From Jimgerdemannia flammicorona (taxonomy: Eukaryota): a stretch of 37,775 nucleotides of DNA. Every line of letters starts with the position of its first letter. Within the stretch, counting starts at the first letter, position 1. Of the stretch, positions 1 to 11,750 are shown piece by piece. The translations under genes were made by a program, and so were the position numbers. Below the pieces are notes generated by a model. It did no database searches and was not told the origin of the DNA. It saw only the letters and a program-made list of their open reading frames with translations. Location: contig RBNJ01000180.1 of the NCBI GenBank assembly GCA_003990765.1, positions 1 through 37,775 on the forward strand, read 5' to 3'.

Positions 1-1542
1 AAAAAAAAAAATGGCCTGGCCCCTTGTTTCATCTCGGTATCCCTAAGTCATCTCACCATTTGAGCCTCTGTATCCTGTGCCTTCAATCCTGTTTCGGCCA
101 TCCGCAAGTATATTGCCAATCGGTTTTCAAGGCGTTTGGTGTAATGACCGTGTTGGTGCGACGTCGTGACCTTTACCGATGGTCTGGCCCCGGTGTCACA
201 TCCGCCAAGGGTCTTTGACATACACGTGGTGGAACCATGTGCAAAGCCGCGTGGCGGTGAATTGCTGGGTGGACTTTAACAAAGCCTGAGTACGAAAAAA
301 GTGGAGAGGAATTTTAAAAAAATCTCCATCGTTCTTATGGGGTTTGCCAATTGGGTCGCGCTCTCTTGGTAATGTTCCTTCGGAATGCGCGGAACGCGAT
401 CCGCCTGCAAAGGAATGCAAAAGGCCATGGATCGCGCGCTGCGGCCAGTGGGATGGGCCAAAAAAGGAAAATCTTCGCAAACAGGCGCGGTAGTGTGCCT
501 CCCACCTCGTTGTTCGGTTAGCAAACGGGGCAAACCTTGGCGTCATGATGTCATTTGCCATGTTTTGGATTTTTGTCTCGGCTATCTAGGACACCACTGG
601 AACTGGCAGAACTCTTCGATAAAAGGAAATCGCGTGATGCCCAGAAATTTTGTCCTTTAGGAGGGTGACTGCCCGACTTATTGGAAACAACCATAAAAAT
701 AAGTTAGCCTGTTGTGAGAGACATCGTTTCGTCCAAAACCAAGATTGTGCAAGCCGTCGTATGGTATCTCGCGTGGCAGAAGCCAGCTATACTGGCTTAA
801 GAAAGGGGTATTACACGTGGTCATGCTTGACAGTTCTGGGGTGACGTAAAGGTAATCGAAAGTTATATCCGAGCAACGAACCAATAATTAATAATTAATT
901 CTCGATCAAGATGGTGCTGTACATGCCAAAGCCAGTTGCCATAGTGCTACTAGTATACAGGGTAGCATAGTCAATTAAACAATGACTCAATTACAGCCAC
1001 CTAGTAAGTATGGTGAACGGGGGGTTTTTTTTTCTTTTTTCTTTCTTTCTTTCTTTTCTTTAGTTTGCATATACACGCATTTTTTTTTTAATCTCGGAGA
1101 TTCGTCCAAATTTGGAAATATGCCAGGGTCCAATTTTTAATTTTTTTTTCCCCTGCATCGTAATTATTTTTCCAATTTTCTTTCCCTCTCCTATCACAAA
1201 TCGCAAGCAAGACGACTATAACCAGCATCGCCAGCAAAATAAATGGGCCGAACAGTCACAAGAGCACCAATTTCGGGCACAAATAGGAGCCGCGGTTCTC
1301 CTTCCTCCCTTTTACAAAAACCTGTATTGCACATGCCCCAGGTCTTTGCGAGAGGTTCAGAAAGAAGCCCGCACCTCGTTCTTGCGGAGGGACCAATTTG
1401 GGTTTGTCTTTTGTACATGGTACTACCATAATTATTTAGTTGTACCAATCGAATGTAAACGATGACGTACCGGTGGCTTTGCTTTGTCCTTGCTCGTTCT
1501 CTCTCTTTTTGCTCTTCCGCAGTTCCGCAGTCAACTACGGCC

Positions 1543-4500
1543 ATGTCCTCGTCCAGAACTCACTCTGTCCAGTGGTCTCCTCACCCTGGCCACAACGCTT
1601 TTCTCGTCGGTTCAACTGACTTACGTCTCTATGACTATCAAGAGGTGCTAAATACTACTCCAACAACCTCGTGCTACAGACACGCGCCTTTGTCGCGCCA
1701 TAGACGCGCGTTTCTGACATTCTCTTTCTTCTACCAAGGACGACGAAGGCAAGACCCGCCCGTTCCTGGTGGCCGTCAACTCCGACCTAGCTCTTATGAA
1801 GGTAATCGATTGCTGCCACCTCACCTTCCTTTCAACCTATTTCAATTACCTCTTATCACTATCCTCCGTCCCCCGCAGTGCTTCGACTGGTCACCAGATC
1901 CCAACTACAAAGATCTCGTAGCTGTCGGCTACACAAACGGCCGCACCGTCCTCGTCCGTATGCACGCCACTTCTTCCTACCACCCTTCCGAACCCAGCCA
2001 CTACTCTCATGCTACTCAGGCCTTCGAAGACGCCATAGCGTCCTCCGTCTCCCCCGGCACTGGAACGCATCCCAACGGCCGTGTGGTGTACCCCAACCCC
2101 CTCACCCCTCGCGGCCTGCACCCAAGCACGAGCACGTCGGCGAGCCCACCTTACCCAGCGCTGAACGTGCGTCACTCACGCGCCTGCAACGTCGTTTCCT
2201 TCTGCCCTCCCCAGCCCCACCTCCTCGCGACGGGCCTGGACAGAGGAAGGGGCGAGGTCAGCCTGATGGTATGGGATGTCAGCCAAGCCCAGGGTAGGAC
2301 TGCGGATCATGCCGCGGCCCCGGTTACGCCTGTAACCGCCGTGCCGCCGGCGCTTAGCGGGGCTGCTTCAGGTGTGTTTGGGCATGGGAGGCCTAGTTGG
2401 GCGGATCGGCCGCCTCTTCTACCATCGGAAGGGTCGGGAGCCAGAACGCCGGGCACGGTGTTAGATTTGGGTGGAGATGGGTTTTTTTCTGGTCAGTAGG
2501 TTGTTCGTACCACGAAGAATGATGTGGGGAGGAGACAAGTTATGAATACTCGCTCATGACCATAACAGAAGAGGGTCAATAATAGGATTAAAATGATTTT
2601 CCTACTGTCATGCGTTCGAAAATAGACCGTTCGCGGTTCGATGTAGGTCAATATATGGGCCCTCGAGTGACCCCTCCTGCGCCAAGGTACGGCTGAATAC
2701 AAATATTCATCATTCGCTCCCTCCTCGTCTTCCTCCTTATCGTATCAACTGTGATTTGTCAGTACTCTGAATCTTTCAAATAATATATTCGCCAAAAAAA
2801 AAAAAAAAAAAAAAAACCTCTCGGTTTTACATGTTTTCCATCACTCTTCCTACTTTCCTCGAAAACCAAATCAGCGCGAGAAAAACCAATGATGATCCGC
2901 GCCCGATTCAGCAGTACGGTAATTCGGAACCCGTCATTTCGTGCACATGGGTCCCCACTGGCTCTCCCAAACTCGTAGCCGGGATGATGAAGTCGGTGAA
3001 GATTTACGATTTGCGAGGTGAGGTTCCTCAGCACAATGAGGCCACATCCTCAACTATTTGATTGAAGGGGTTGAACTGACGCTATGAGTACATTTGCCAT
3101 GTGATTTTCCCTTGGTCACAGTGGAAAGCACCGCTGCCTCGATCTCTTTCTCGACCAAGGCTGTATACGGTATCAATGTGGATCCATTCCATACGCACCG
3201 GTTTGCATCCTACACTGAGGAGGGTGCGGTGAATATTTGGGACATGAGGAAGACATCGGAGGCAATATCCTTTCTATGGAATTTTGTGTGTGTTATGATT
3301 GGCTTGGGGTCTTCGAGCGCGTCTTTTCCCTCCCTTTTTTTTTTTTAACCTTCTCAGCCGTGGAAGCCGATTGTCGATGTTTTACTGTTGTCATAATTAC
3401 ACCTTAACCACCTCTCCTCCATTCCTCTCCTACTTCACGTTTTAACCATCAGCGCCGATATCATCCGTGCGTCCGCCACCGTAGGTCTCTCCCGCATCGC
3501 CTTCTCTCCAACTCGTTCCGGCCTCCTTGCTACCCTCTCCAGGGATGCTCGCGTCGTCTGCCTCTGGGACATCCAAGAGAGCTTCCCACGATCCTCCCAA
3601 CTATCCAATGCATCTTTCCTGTCCGCCACGCAGCGCGCGGCCGCCGCCACCGGCGCCGCCGGCGGTGGGACCAACCCGCCGTCAACCTTTTCAACTGCGG
3701 CGACCGGAGTCGCCATCCCCTCTGGAATGGTGTACTCGGGCTTGAATATGGGTATAAACCTGCAGGTCAGCCCGGGCGCGATGGGGACTGTGTTGGTCAG
3801 CCCGGGCGTTGTTGGTGGGTCAGACATGGAACGAGGCGCGTCGAATACGGGAAGCGGGATGAGCGCGGACTCGAGTTCCGGGGAGGAGGATGCGTCTGAT
3901 ACACTGGTGTTGTGGAAGTCTAGGAAAAGTACGTTTGTATTCGAAGGCACAAAATTGGATCTTGCTTCGTGTTTGGGCCGAGAGATACACCCTATTAATT
4001 GACCACCCAACCTTTGCACTGATAGCACAACCATCCAGCAAAATCCTCTCTTCCTTTGCTTGGATGCCGCACTCGTCCACCCAGTCTGCCAACTCGGCCT
4101 CCGTCCATCGTCTCATCTCCGTCAACAAGGATGGCTTCATCGAAGCCGTCCGTCTTCAAGAGGCGCCGAAATTCTCGTGGGAACCCACGGGCAATATCTT
4201 GCTCACGGGCGGAGGCGGTCTCGAGATACACGGCACATACCACTCGCCTCCGAGCGCCTCTACCGCCAATGACGCTGATCAGACACATACCGGCGCCGGA
4301 TCCCTCAACAACGACGTCCCACTCGGTTACCAGCGGGCCGCGTTGCGCAAGCAGAATCTTTTGATCCCAAGGAGTATGAGTGGCACGTCATTCTTGCGGG
4401 TCGGGTCGCAGCAACAGGATCCGAGCTTTTTGAGATTGAGCACGTCCCTGCAAACGAACAGTACCTCGACCACAGATAATAGCACCGGAGGCCCTACCCC

Positions 4501-7336
4501 GTTGGCGCGAAATGGGGTCTTCTATCATCGGCCCGGGGAGCTGCAACAGCGAAGGGCGAATCAGCCGTCGATGTTGTCGAAGCCGATGCATTTGGATATA
4601 GGGCATGGCAGGCTTGGGGGTGCGAGGCCCGAGCGAGCGGCGGATGATGTGATTGTGTATGTGGAGGGATCGACGTTGATTAAAGAGTTGCAGATGGATA
4701 TGTCGGTTGTGATGAAGGGGCGGGCGACAAATGACTACTCGATGGATGTAGGTGCTGATTAGTTGTGTGGAGGTTCGTTTATATCTAATTCGAAGGATGT
4801 ATTCACTTATACTCATTGTTCCGTTCCATCGTACCGACAGTGCGAGACAAATCAAAAAAAACTGAAGTATCATCGAAAGCTGTCGGAGCTCTGGTCATGG
4901 ATGGCACGTACGTAGGCTACTTTTTCGGTTTCCGTTGCTTCGTTCCCCCCCCCTTTTTTTTTATTTTATTTTATTTTTTTTAATACCCCATTCCCCGTTC
5001 CGTCATACCTAGAGTCCGAACACCTAGCATCGGAAACCAAGACACATACTGGCGCTGTTGATTACAGTTTCCAGGGCATTCACGCCGTGTGGATGGGCTC
5101 AAACAGTACGTCACAATAAGGACACGCGGCATCGACCTTGTGTTATGAATATCTCATGTATCTGACATCATCTACTCTTCTCAATACTCGTTGCAGCCGC
5201 TTCTCAGAACCACAAAAAGGTCTCTCCTCTTTCCACCCCCAAAACCACATCACCCCTTACTCGCCCACTCGTCCATCAACCCGCCCACGTGAATATTTCA
5301 TTGCAGGAATCCACCTCCTCATCGTCATCGCCGACAGGAACCTCGGCCACGCTGGATCAGAATGCCGCCGCTGCCTTGAACCTTGGTCGTGGAACGTCCA
5401 ATGTGTCGCCCGATGATGAGCTTGAGATCGTGCCAACGGCACGCCAGGCGCAGCGAAGGCTGGCGCTGTGGATGTGTGGGTTCGGGTTTACAAAGACCCA
5501 GCTGGAAGTGGAGTTGGGAAAGTATGTTAGCTTGATAATGAGTCTGTGAAGGGACTTGTTCAGAGTGGTCTCCTGACCTGTTTACTACGATCTGATAATC
5601 AACAATAATCGAGGATTGAAACTCCCCGGCTTTGTTATTTCCTTCTAGCCTGGAAGAAAGCGGTGAAAATGAAAAGGCGGCCGGTTGGGCTTTATTCAGT
5701 GGGCAGACGGAACGAGCCATCAAGGCGTTGAATAACAGTTCGGGTTTGTTATCAACTTAGGAGACTGTTTCTTTTTTTTCTTTTTTTTTTCCCTGATACT
5801 TTCATCTTAATCAAACCTATGTCGACTTTGATTCAACTTCGCCAAAATGGGTTCCTTTAGACCAGTCCCGCAAGCTCATGTCGGCTGCCTTGGCAGGCTA
5901 CCAGAACAACACGAGCCAGGCAAAGGATGGCAATGGCGACACGTTATGGCAGAACCTTGCCCGCTCCATGGCTAATGACCTAAAAGATGATCCTTACCTG
6001 CGAACCATGTTTGCATACCTGGCTTCAGATGACTGGGATGTCGTGCTTGGGGAGAAGCAGTTGTCGCTCAGGGAGCGGGTTGCGGTTGCGTTGAGGGTGT
6101 TGACCGATGATGAGGTGAGAAGGCGCGAGGTCTCGCGAAAGACAATGCGATAGCTAAATTGTGTTCTGAGTGGGCTCTTGAATTAACTATGACTGTTGAC
6201 GTATACTTGCTTTCTTCTGTATCTCGTGCTTCACGAATCGTCTGCTCTACCACAGTTGACAGTATATGTGGAGAATCTGGTGCGGCAAGTGGTAGCGGAG
6301 GGAGATATTGAAGGCCTATTCCTCACTGGCTTGACAAAGGAAGGGGTTGACTTGTTTGAACAATATGTGAACAGTACGGATGACATTCAGACAGCGGCTT
6401 TGGCGCTTAGCTTCTGCGTGCCGAGTAAGTTCCAGGACAGGAGAGTCGATGAATGGGTTGAAAGGTAATACAAGTCCGAAAAGAAGAAGGGTAACCATTT
6501 GGCTGGGCTGGCGAACCTTCAATGATTGTTGGTCGCTTATTTCTGAAGCCTCATACATCCATTTCCCATTTATCGTACGGCCCGCTCTTTCTCTACTATT
6601 GCCCAATCAAACAGCTATCGCCTGCTCCTTGACCGCTGGCAACTCTACCACACACGCGCACGCTTTGACATCGAACGCGGCAAGCGTTATGGGCCTACGC
6701 CAGGAGCTGCAGCCGAGATCACCCCGTCGCAAGTCTATGTTCAATGTAGGTTTTGCGCTCAATCTCTGGCCCACAGCGTACAGATTCAGAATGTGAGGAA
6801 TAGAGATGGCCGTCGCATCATGGTGCAGGCGAATGTCAACCCAAATGCGGGTGGCAGAAAGAAGGTGCGTGATCTGTTCTTTATATTCACAGCATTCCGC
6901 TCAAAAAATTCGGCGTTTCGCTAATTGAAAATCGTTTGCCAAACATAGTCTACTGTCTGCCCGAGCTGCTCCAAACCGTTACCACGTTGTGCGCTATGCC
7001 TCCTTAATTTAGGAACACCCACCGACTCACTCAGACAGACGATGGCAACCAATGGAGTACAAGCGGGTAAGCAATTGTTCCGTGGCAAACAACCTTCATA
7101 GCGACACCACAATTGGCGTACAAGAGGACCGAATGCATCTACGGCAATGACTCATCCGCGCGAAACGTGCTTTCACACGAAAATCTCGATCCGCAGATCC
7201 CTCGGGGTTCGATCTCTGGTTCACGTGGTGCCAAACGTGTCGTCATGGTGGCCATGCAATCCACATGCGTCAATGGTTTGAGGAACACCAACAGTGTCCC
7301 GTCAGCGACTGTTCGTGCCGATGCCAGTATTTATGA
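1543..7336 (+). CDS. MIOS: GATOR2/SEA complex subunit MIOS/Sea4 (N-terminal WD40, helical middle, C-terminal zinc ribbon/RING); about 16 exons
   Basis: WD40-like segments ([45 protein letters not shown]). Middle region [11 protein letters not shown]...[14 protein letters not shown] and [12 protein letters not shown]...DIQTAAL. C-terminus [15 protein letters not shown] and [36 protein letters not shown], stop TGA 7334-7336. Introns are GT-AG except one AT-AC intron. Confidence 0.92.
3265..3438 (+). other. U12-type (minor spliceosome) AT-AC intron in MIOS
   Basis: Donor ATATCCTTT (3265-3273), branch motif CCTTAAC (3402-3408), acceptor CAC (3436-3438). Splicing gives in-frame [19 protein letters not shown]...[16 protein letters not shown]. 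Confidence 0.85.
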
Positions 7337-8100
7337 GGATGGATCTGGCCGTGTTATTGTTCAACTGTGATTGTTGGGGGAAGCCATAGTCGAATATTAT
7401 AAGTGATCGTAACGGTGTATCTGATCTTTTTGTGTTAAAAGTGACAATTAGGTTCAATACTTCGTATCTCGAAGTCAACAAATTACAAATCAGCTAAATC
7501 ATTTTTGTCATATTACAATAATACACATCTCCATTCTGATTATTAGCAACTCGGCCTAGAGAGAAGACACTGGTAATTTTACGGCGCGGACAACAAAAAC
7601 AGGAAAAGGAGGGCAATGAGATCCATTTCATCCATCTTGCTGTGTTTTTCATGGATCAGATAAATTTGGTCGAAGGCTATTAAGGAGGTGAGCCCTCATA
7701 CTTCATAGAGGATATCGAAAGGTAGAATAGAGCGGGAAAACATTCCACCGAAGGAATCAAACAAAAGAGTGAGATTTTTTCAAAGATATCTACAAATGCA
7801 ATGGTCAAGATCAAAGAATGGAGTGTGGGGACGAAGAGTACGTCAAGAAAATGAAGCCAAGATTGATTATATAACGGACACATGAAAACATTAGTGTACA
7901 TAGTTGATATACGTGCAAGAATCGATAACCAGAACGGAAGAGGGAAGAAGAAAAATGGAGAGAGAACAGAATCGCATGAAAGTCCACAAACCAACGCTGA
8001 TCTGCGTCTCAACCCTACGCCATTCTTTTCAGCGTATCAAAGTGGCAGAGATGGAGAAAAGGATAAAGAAAAATTGTCCGCGCAACCGCTACGCATTAAT

Positions 8101-9069
8101 CTACCACGCACAGCAGCCTTTGTTCCCGCCGCTGCTCGCACCCCCCCTATATCCATAAGGCCCATCATAATTAATGGCGAATGCGCCATTTGATCTCCTT
8201 CCGCTACCGGGTATGTCCCCGTTCGTCATGTCCAGTTCCATTTGAGGCACCTTCACCATCCTCGCGATGTGCGTGAACGCCTCCTCAACACCCGTGCCAT
8301 CCTTGGCCGAGGCTTCGAAACATGGTATCGCCGGACCTGTACGCGGGGAGTACTGTTGCGACCAGGCCTTGGCTTGGCGTCGGGAGACGACGCGGTCATC
8401 GAGGTCGATTTTGTTGCCGATGAGGATGAAGGGAAAGTCGGGGGGTGAGGAGCTGTGGTCATAGGGAATCGAGGATTGTTTGAGGAATTCGGAGCGCCAG
8501 TGATCTAGATATTGCCAAGAAGGTATTGAGTAGCGGATATTTCGGGCGATTTTTGTGAAGAATGATGTATCATATACCAAACGGGAACTTCAAAGCAGAT
8601 CGATATTATGTTCAGAACGTACCCAGATGCGAGAAAGTGACAAAATTGTTCACATCGTAAACTAGAACGCAGGCGTCCGCCCCTCGGTAGTAGGCCACCC
8701 CTAACGATTGGAAGCGCTCTTGGCCTGCGGTGTCCCAGATCTGAAGCATGACCTTCTTGCCTTCTTCTGTGCGTACCTCTTTGGTAATGAAGTCGGCGCC
8801 GATTGTGGCCTTGTACGCATTTGTGAAGCGTTTGTGAATGAACTGATGAAAAAGGGGAAAACATTGGTAAGTGGCAAGCTTTTTCTTCAGGCAAGCTGCA
8901 GTAGGTGGTGACGTTCACCTGATTTCGGAGGCATGTCTGAGTACGAGAGTTAGGAAAGAAGTTAGAATCGTCATGACACAGGCTCGGATCGAGTGGGAAG
9001 GGCAAGTGGGGGTACCTTGCCTACACCGCCATCGCCGATGATGACAACCTTGAGAATGTCTTTTGGCAT
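8101..9069 (-). CDS. Rab7/Ypt7-like small GTPase; exons 9069-9016, 8936-8919, 8842-8623, 8504-8101
   Basis: GDGGVGK|T P-loop, effector loop [41 protein letters not shown]-terminal GCCAW prenylation motif. Confidence 0.9.
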
Positions 9070-9190
9070 TAGAAAAGAGGACTCGGTTTTGTTATTCGCT
9101 CTGCTGACCCTTTTCAATATGACGTAATAAGCCACCGCCGGCCCACGTGCACTCGCAACGCCGACGCGAGGCACCACTTCGACACGAACC
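9070..9190. promoter_or_regulatory. Compact bidirectional promoter between the Rab7-like and NAT9-like genes
   Basis: Only 121 bp separate the divergent ATGs. Contains TGACGTAA (9120-9127) and CACGTG (9144-9149). Confidence 0.6.
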
Positions 9191-10453
9191 ATGCGTGCAA
9201 ACGAGAATCTCATCCTCGTATGTACTTGCCGTCCACCTTTGTTCTTCGAAAAACCGAAAATGCTCTGTTATCGTTGTGTTCATAAAAAGACGTTTTTGCA
9301 TTCAGATTGGCAGCAAGGTCATCCTGGTAAGCATTTGAAGTAGGAACAGGTAACATGCCATTATATCATAATTGACCAAGAGGATTTTGGGTCGGAAATA
9401 GGTGCCCTATAAGACAGACCATGTTCCTCAATACCATAAGTGGATGAAGTCACCATTCCTGCAAGGTGGGAATCAGAAGCGTCTGCGCTCGACCCGGTTC
9501 AAATTTAACCTTCATGTTTTGGTAAAGATCCTTCTTGCTTACGCCACGTACCTTCCAAGCAGAAATGACGGCCTCCGAGCCGCTTACGTTGGAGGAGGAG
9601 TTTGAGATGCAGCGAACCTGGCACACGGACGATGATAGTATCCGATCCGTTCCATGTTGTTAACAGTCTCGCATGCGATCGAGCAATTCGCCGGATCTGA
9701 TGTTTTTCTCTTAATTGAAGCTGATACGATTTGCTCTTTCCCAATTAGAATGCACCTTCATCGTGCTGGCGCGACCGCCAAACCTCGCCACCGACGAGCT
9801 CACAGTTTCTGCGATAAAGGCACATGCAAGTAATGACGCGAGTGACACTCTGTTCCCCTACCACACCGATCCATTTGACTATTGGCTAACAGTCCTGTGA
9901 ACCACCCATCTTCTCTTGACAGAGATGATCGGCGACGTCAACCTCTTTCTTAATCACCCGGACGATGACCGCTCGTTCGCTGAAATCGAGATCATGATTG
10001 CGGAGGAGGCATACCGACGTGGGGGAAGGGGATCGGAGGCGCTTAAGATTATGATGGGATACGGTGAGCGTCGGGATCGGGGATGAGTTGAACTGTTTGG
10101 TTCCTGTCGAGTCGAGGAGTTTGTCGATCGCAAAACACGTCCATCTGCCGCTTATATCACCGTCTTTGTTTCTTCTTCCTTCTGCCTTCAATTGTTCTGA
10201 CCACTTCCACAAAGCACTAACCCGCCTAGACATCGCCACTTTCCAAGCCAAGATTTCGTACACAAACATGCCCAGCGTCGACCTGTTCACGCGGGGCCTC
10301 GGATTCACGCAAATTTCGGAGTCGGAGGTCTTCCAGGAGAGAACATTCGAGTGGAGCCTCAAGGTACCGGAGGAGGGTGAGAAGGTGAAGGAGGTGAGGG
10401 ACGAGGTTCTGCGTGGGTGGGGTCAGGTGGTGCAGCGGAGGTGGGATGAGTGA
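9191..10453 (+). CDS. NAT9: NAT9-like GNAT N-acetyltransferase; about 7 exons
   Basis: MRANENLIL|IGSKVIL|VPYKTDHVPQYHKWM...EMTASEPLTLEEEFEMQRTW...DDKCTFIVL...MIGDVNLFL...AEIEIMIAE...RGGRGSEAL...FQAKI...LFTRGLGF...SEVFQE. Confidence 0.9.
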
Positions 10454-10784
10454 GAGGGTTGGTTTGGTGGAGACGGTTGCCAGGGATGGGTGACATTCTC
10501 CGTCGCGATTCGTATTTTGTGAATGGAGACAGATGCAATGTGTTGGGAAACGTATTTAATTATACAAATGATGTATAGGTACTAATTATATAATGATTGA
10601 TCCATGAATGACGTGATTTGCAAAGCGTTTGAAACTACATGCAAAGGTTGCTATCCAGTACAAACCCTAACCCTACGCTATTATTATGTTTCGTGAGATA
10701 AAAGCAAGCAAAGCCTGAGAGGTTGGTAAAGAATTGTTCACATCGATACCCTACCCTACTTCCCCCCCCCCAAAAATCTTGCTA

Positions 10785-11750
10785 TTATACCGGCGGCACC
10801 CGCTCGAAGCCTGGAATCAGCGGCGTCCTCTCCTCATTTCCGCCCTCTCCCCCGTCCTCTCCCTCTACCTCTGCCAGAAAGATAAATGCCAAATCCTTCT
10901 GCACGGCGCCCATGGTGCGACACAGTAGGCAGGCGGCAGGCAGCAGGCAGAGGGCCAAGGGTAAAGCAATGCAAACAGCGGTGATGGCGACGGAGAATAA
11001 GGCCAATATGAGCACGGGTTTGATGATGAGGAAATAGATGAAGGAACGGACAGTGAAGCGAGAGGTGAGCAGGTGCGATAAGAAACGTGTCAGGCCACTG
11101 ACTAGCGAGTCGGTCGGTGGAAAGGATGGTGGGGGGGGAAATACGGGTGGGAGGACATAAAAGACTGGTGGGGAAGTGGGGGAAGGGGACGATGCATTGC
11201 CGCATGCGAGCTCTTGGGTGAGGAGCTCAAAGCGGCCGAGGAGGCGGTAGGAGTAGAGGGTGATTGTGATGATGAGGACGGCGAGCGGGGGGAAAAGAAG
11301 GGAGACAATGCAAAGAATAGAGGTGACAAGGACCCAGATGAAGGCGAAGAGGGCAATCAGGGGGCCGATGAGGAGGAGGTAGAAGGCGCAGGTCCAGGAG
11401 AGGGGGTCGAAAAACGGGGAGCAGCAGGAATCATTGGAGTGGGAGAAGGTTGAGGACAGGGTCGTGGAGGAGGCGGAGGATGAAGTGCGACGGTAAATGC
11501 AGTGCCGCGGGTGGTCTGTGATTAAATGGGATGGCGTGGGGTAGTATGGGTTGATGGCGGGGAGCGGCGGGTAGAGGGCCTGGTGGGCTTGCTCGAGGGG
11601 CGGGGCGGTCGGGAGGGTGTCGAAGCCGCCATAATCGGAGGTGTTTGGGACAAAACGAGTGGTAGGGGCGGAGGCAGAAGCGAAGGCAGAAGGGGAGTAG
11701 GGTGGCGGAGGTTCGTCGTATGTGTCTGAGGTGTGCTTCGCGGTGGCCAT
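10785..11750 (-). CDS. Intronless multi-pass membrane protein, about 321 aa, with PPPY motif, two Sensor-like hydrophobic repeats and a C-terminal dileucine-type motif
   Basis: Long ORF with likely start MATAKH at 11750. Contains DEPPPPYSP, hydrophobic blocks LSWTCAFYLLLIGPLIALFAF... and TVRSFIYFLIIKPVLIL..., and EERTPLI near the C-terminus. Confidence 0.75.
   Translation of the reverse strand: MATAKHTSDTYDEPPPPYSPSAFASASAPTTRFVPNTSDYGGFDTLPTAPPLEQAHQALYPPLPAINPYYPTPSHLITDHPRHCIYRRTSSSASSTTLSSTFSHSNDSCCSPFFDPLSWTCAFYLLLIGPLIALFAFIWVLVTSILCIVSLLFPPLAVLIITITLYSYRLLGRFELLTQELACGNASSPSPTSPPVFYVLPPVFPPPPSFPPTDSLVSGLTRFLSHLLTSRFTVRSFIYFLIIKPVLILALFSVAITAVCIALPLALCLLPAACLLCRTMGAVQKDLAFIFLAEVEGEDGGEGGNEERTPLIPGFERVPPV

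Noticed and set aside
1462..2499. 345-aa ORF as a standalone gene
   Set aside because: It reads through MIOS introns 1-2; the spliced model explains it.
3262..3452. GC-AG alternative to the AT-AC intron
   Set aside because: GCAATA is a poor donor, and joining it to the CAG at 3450-3452 breaks the reading frame.
10673..10690. AACCCT-like telomere motif (aaaccctaaccct near 10661-10674)
   Set aside because: Only two units in an intergenic 3' region, consistent with chance.
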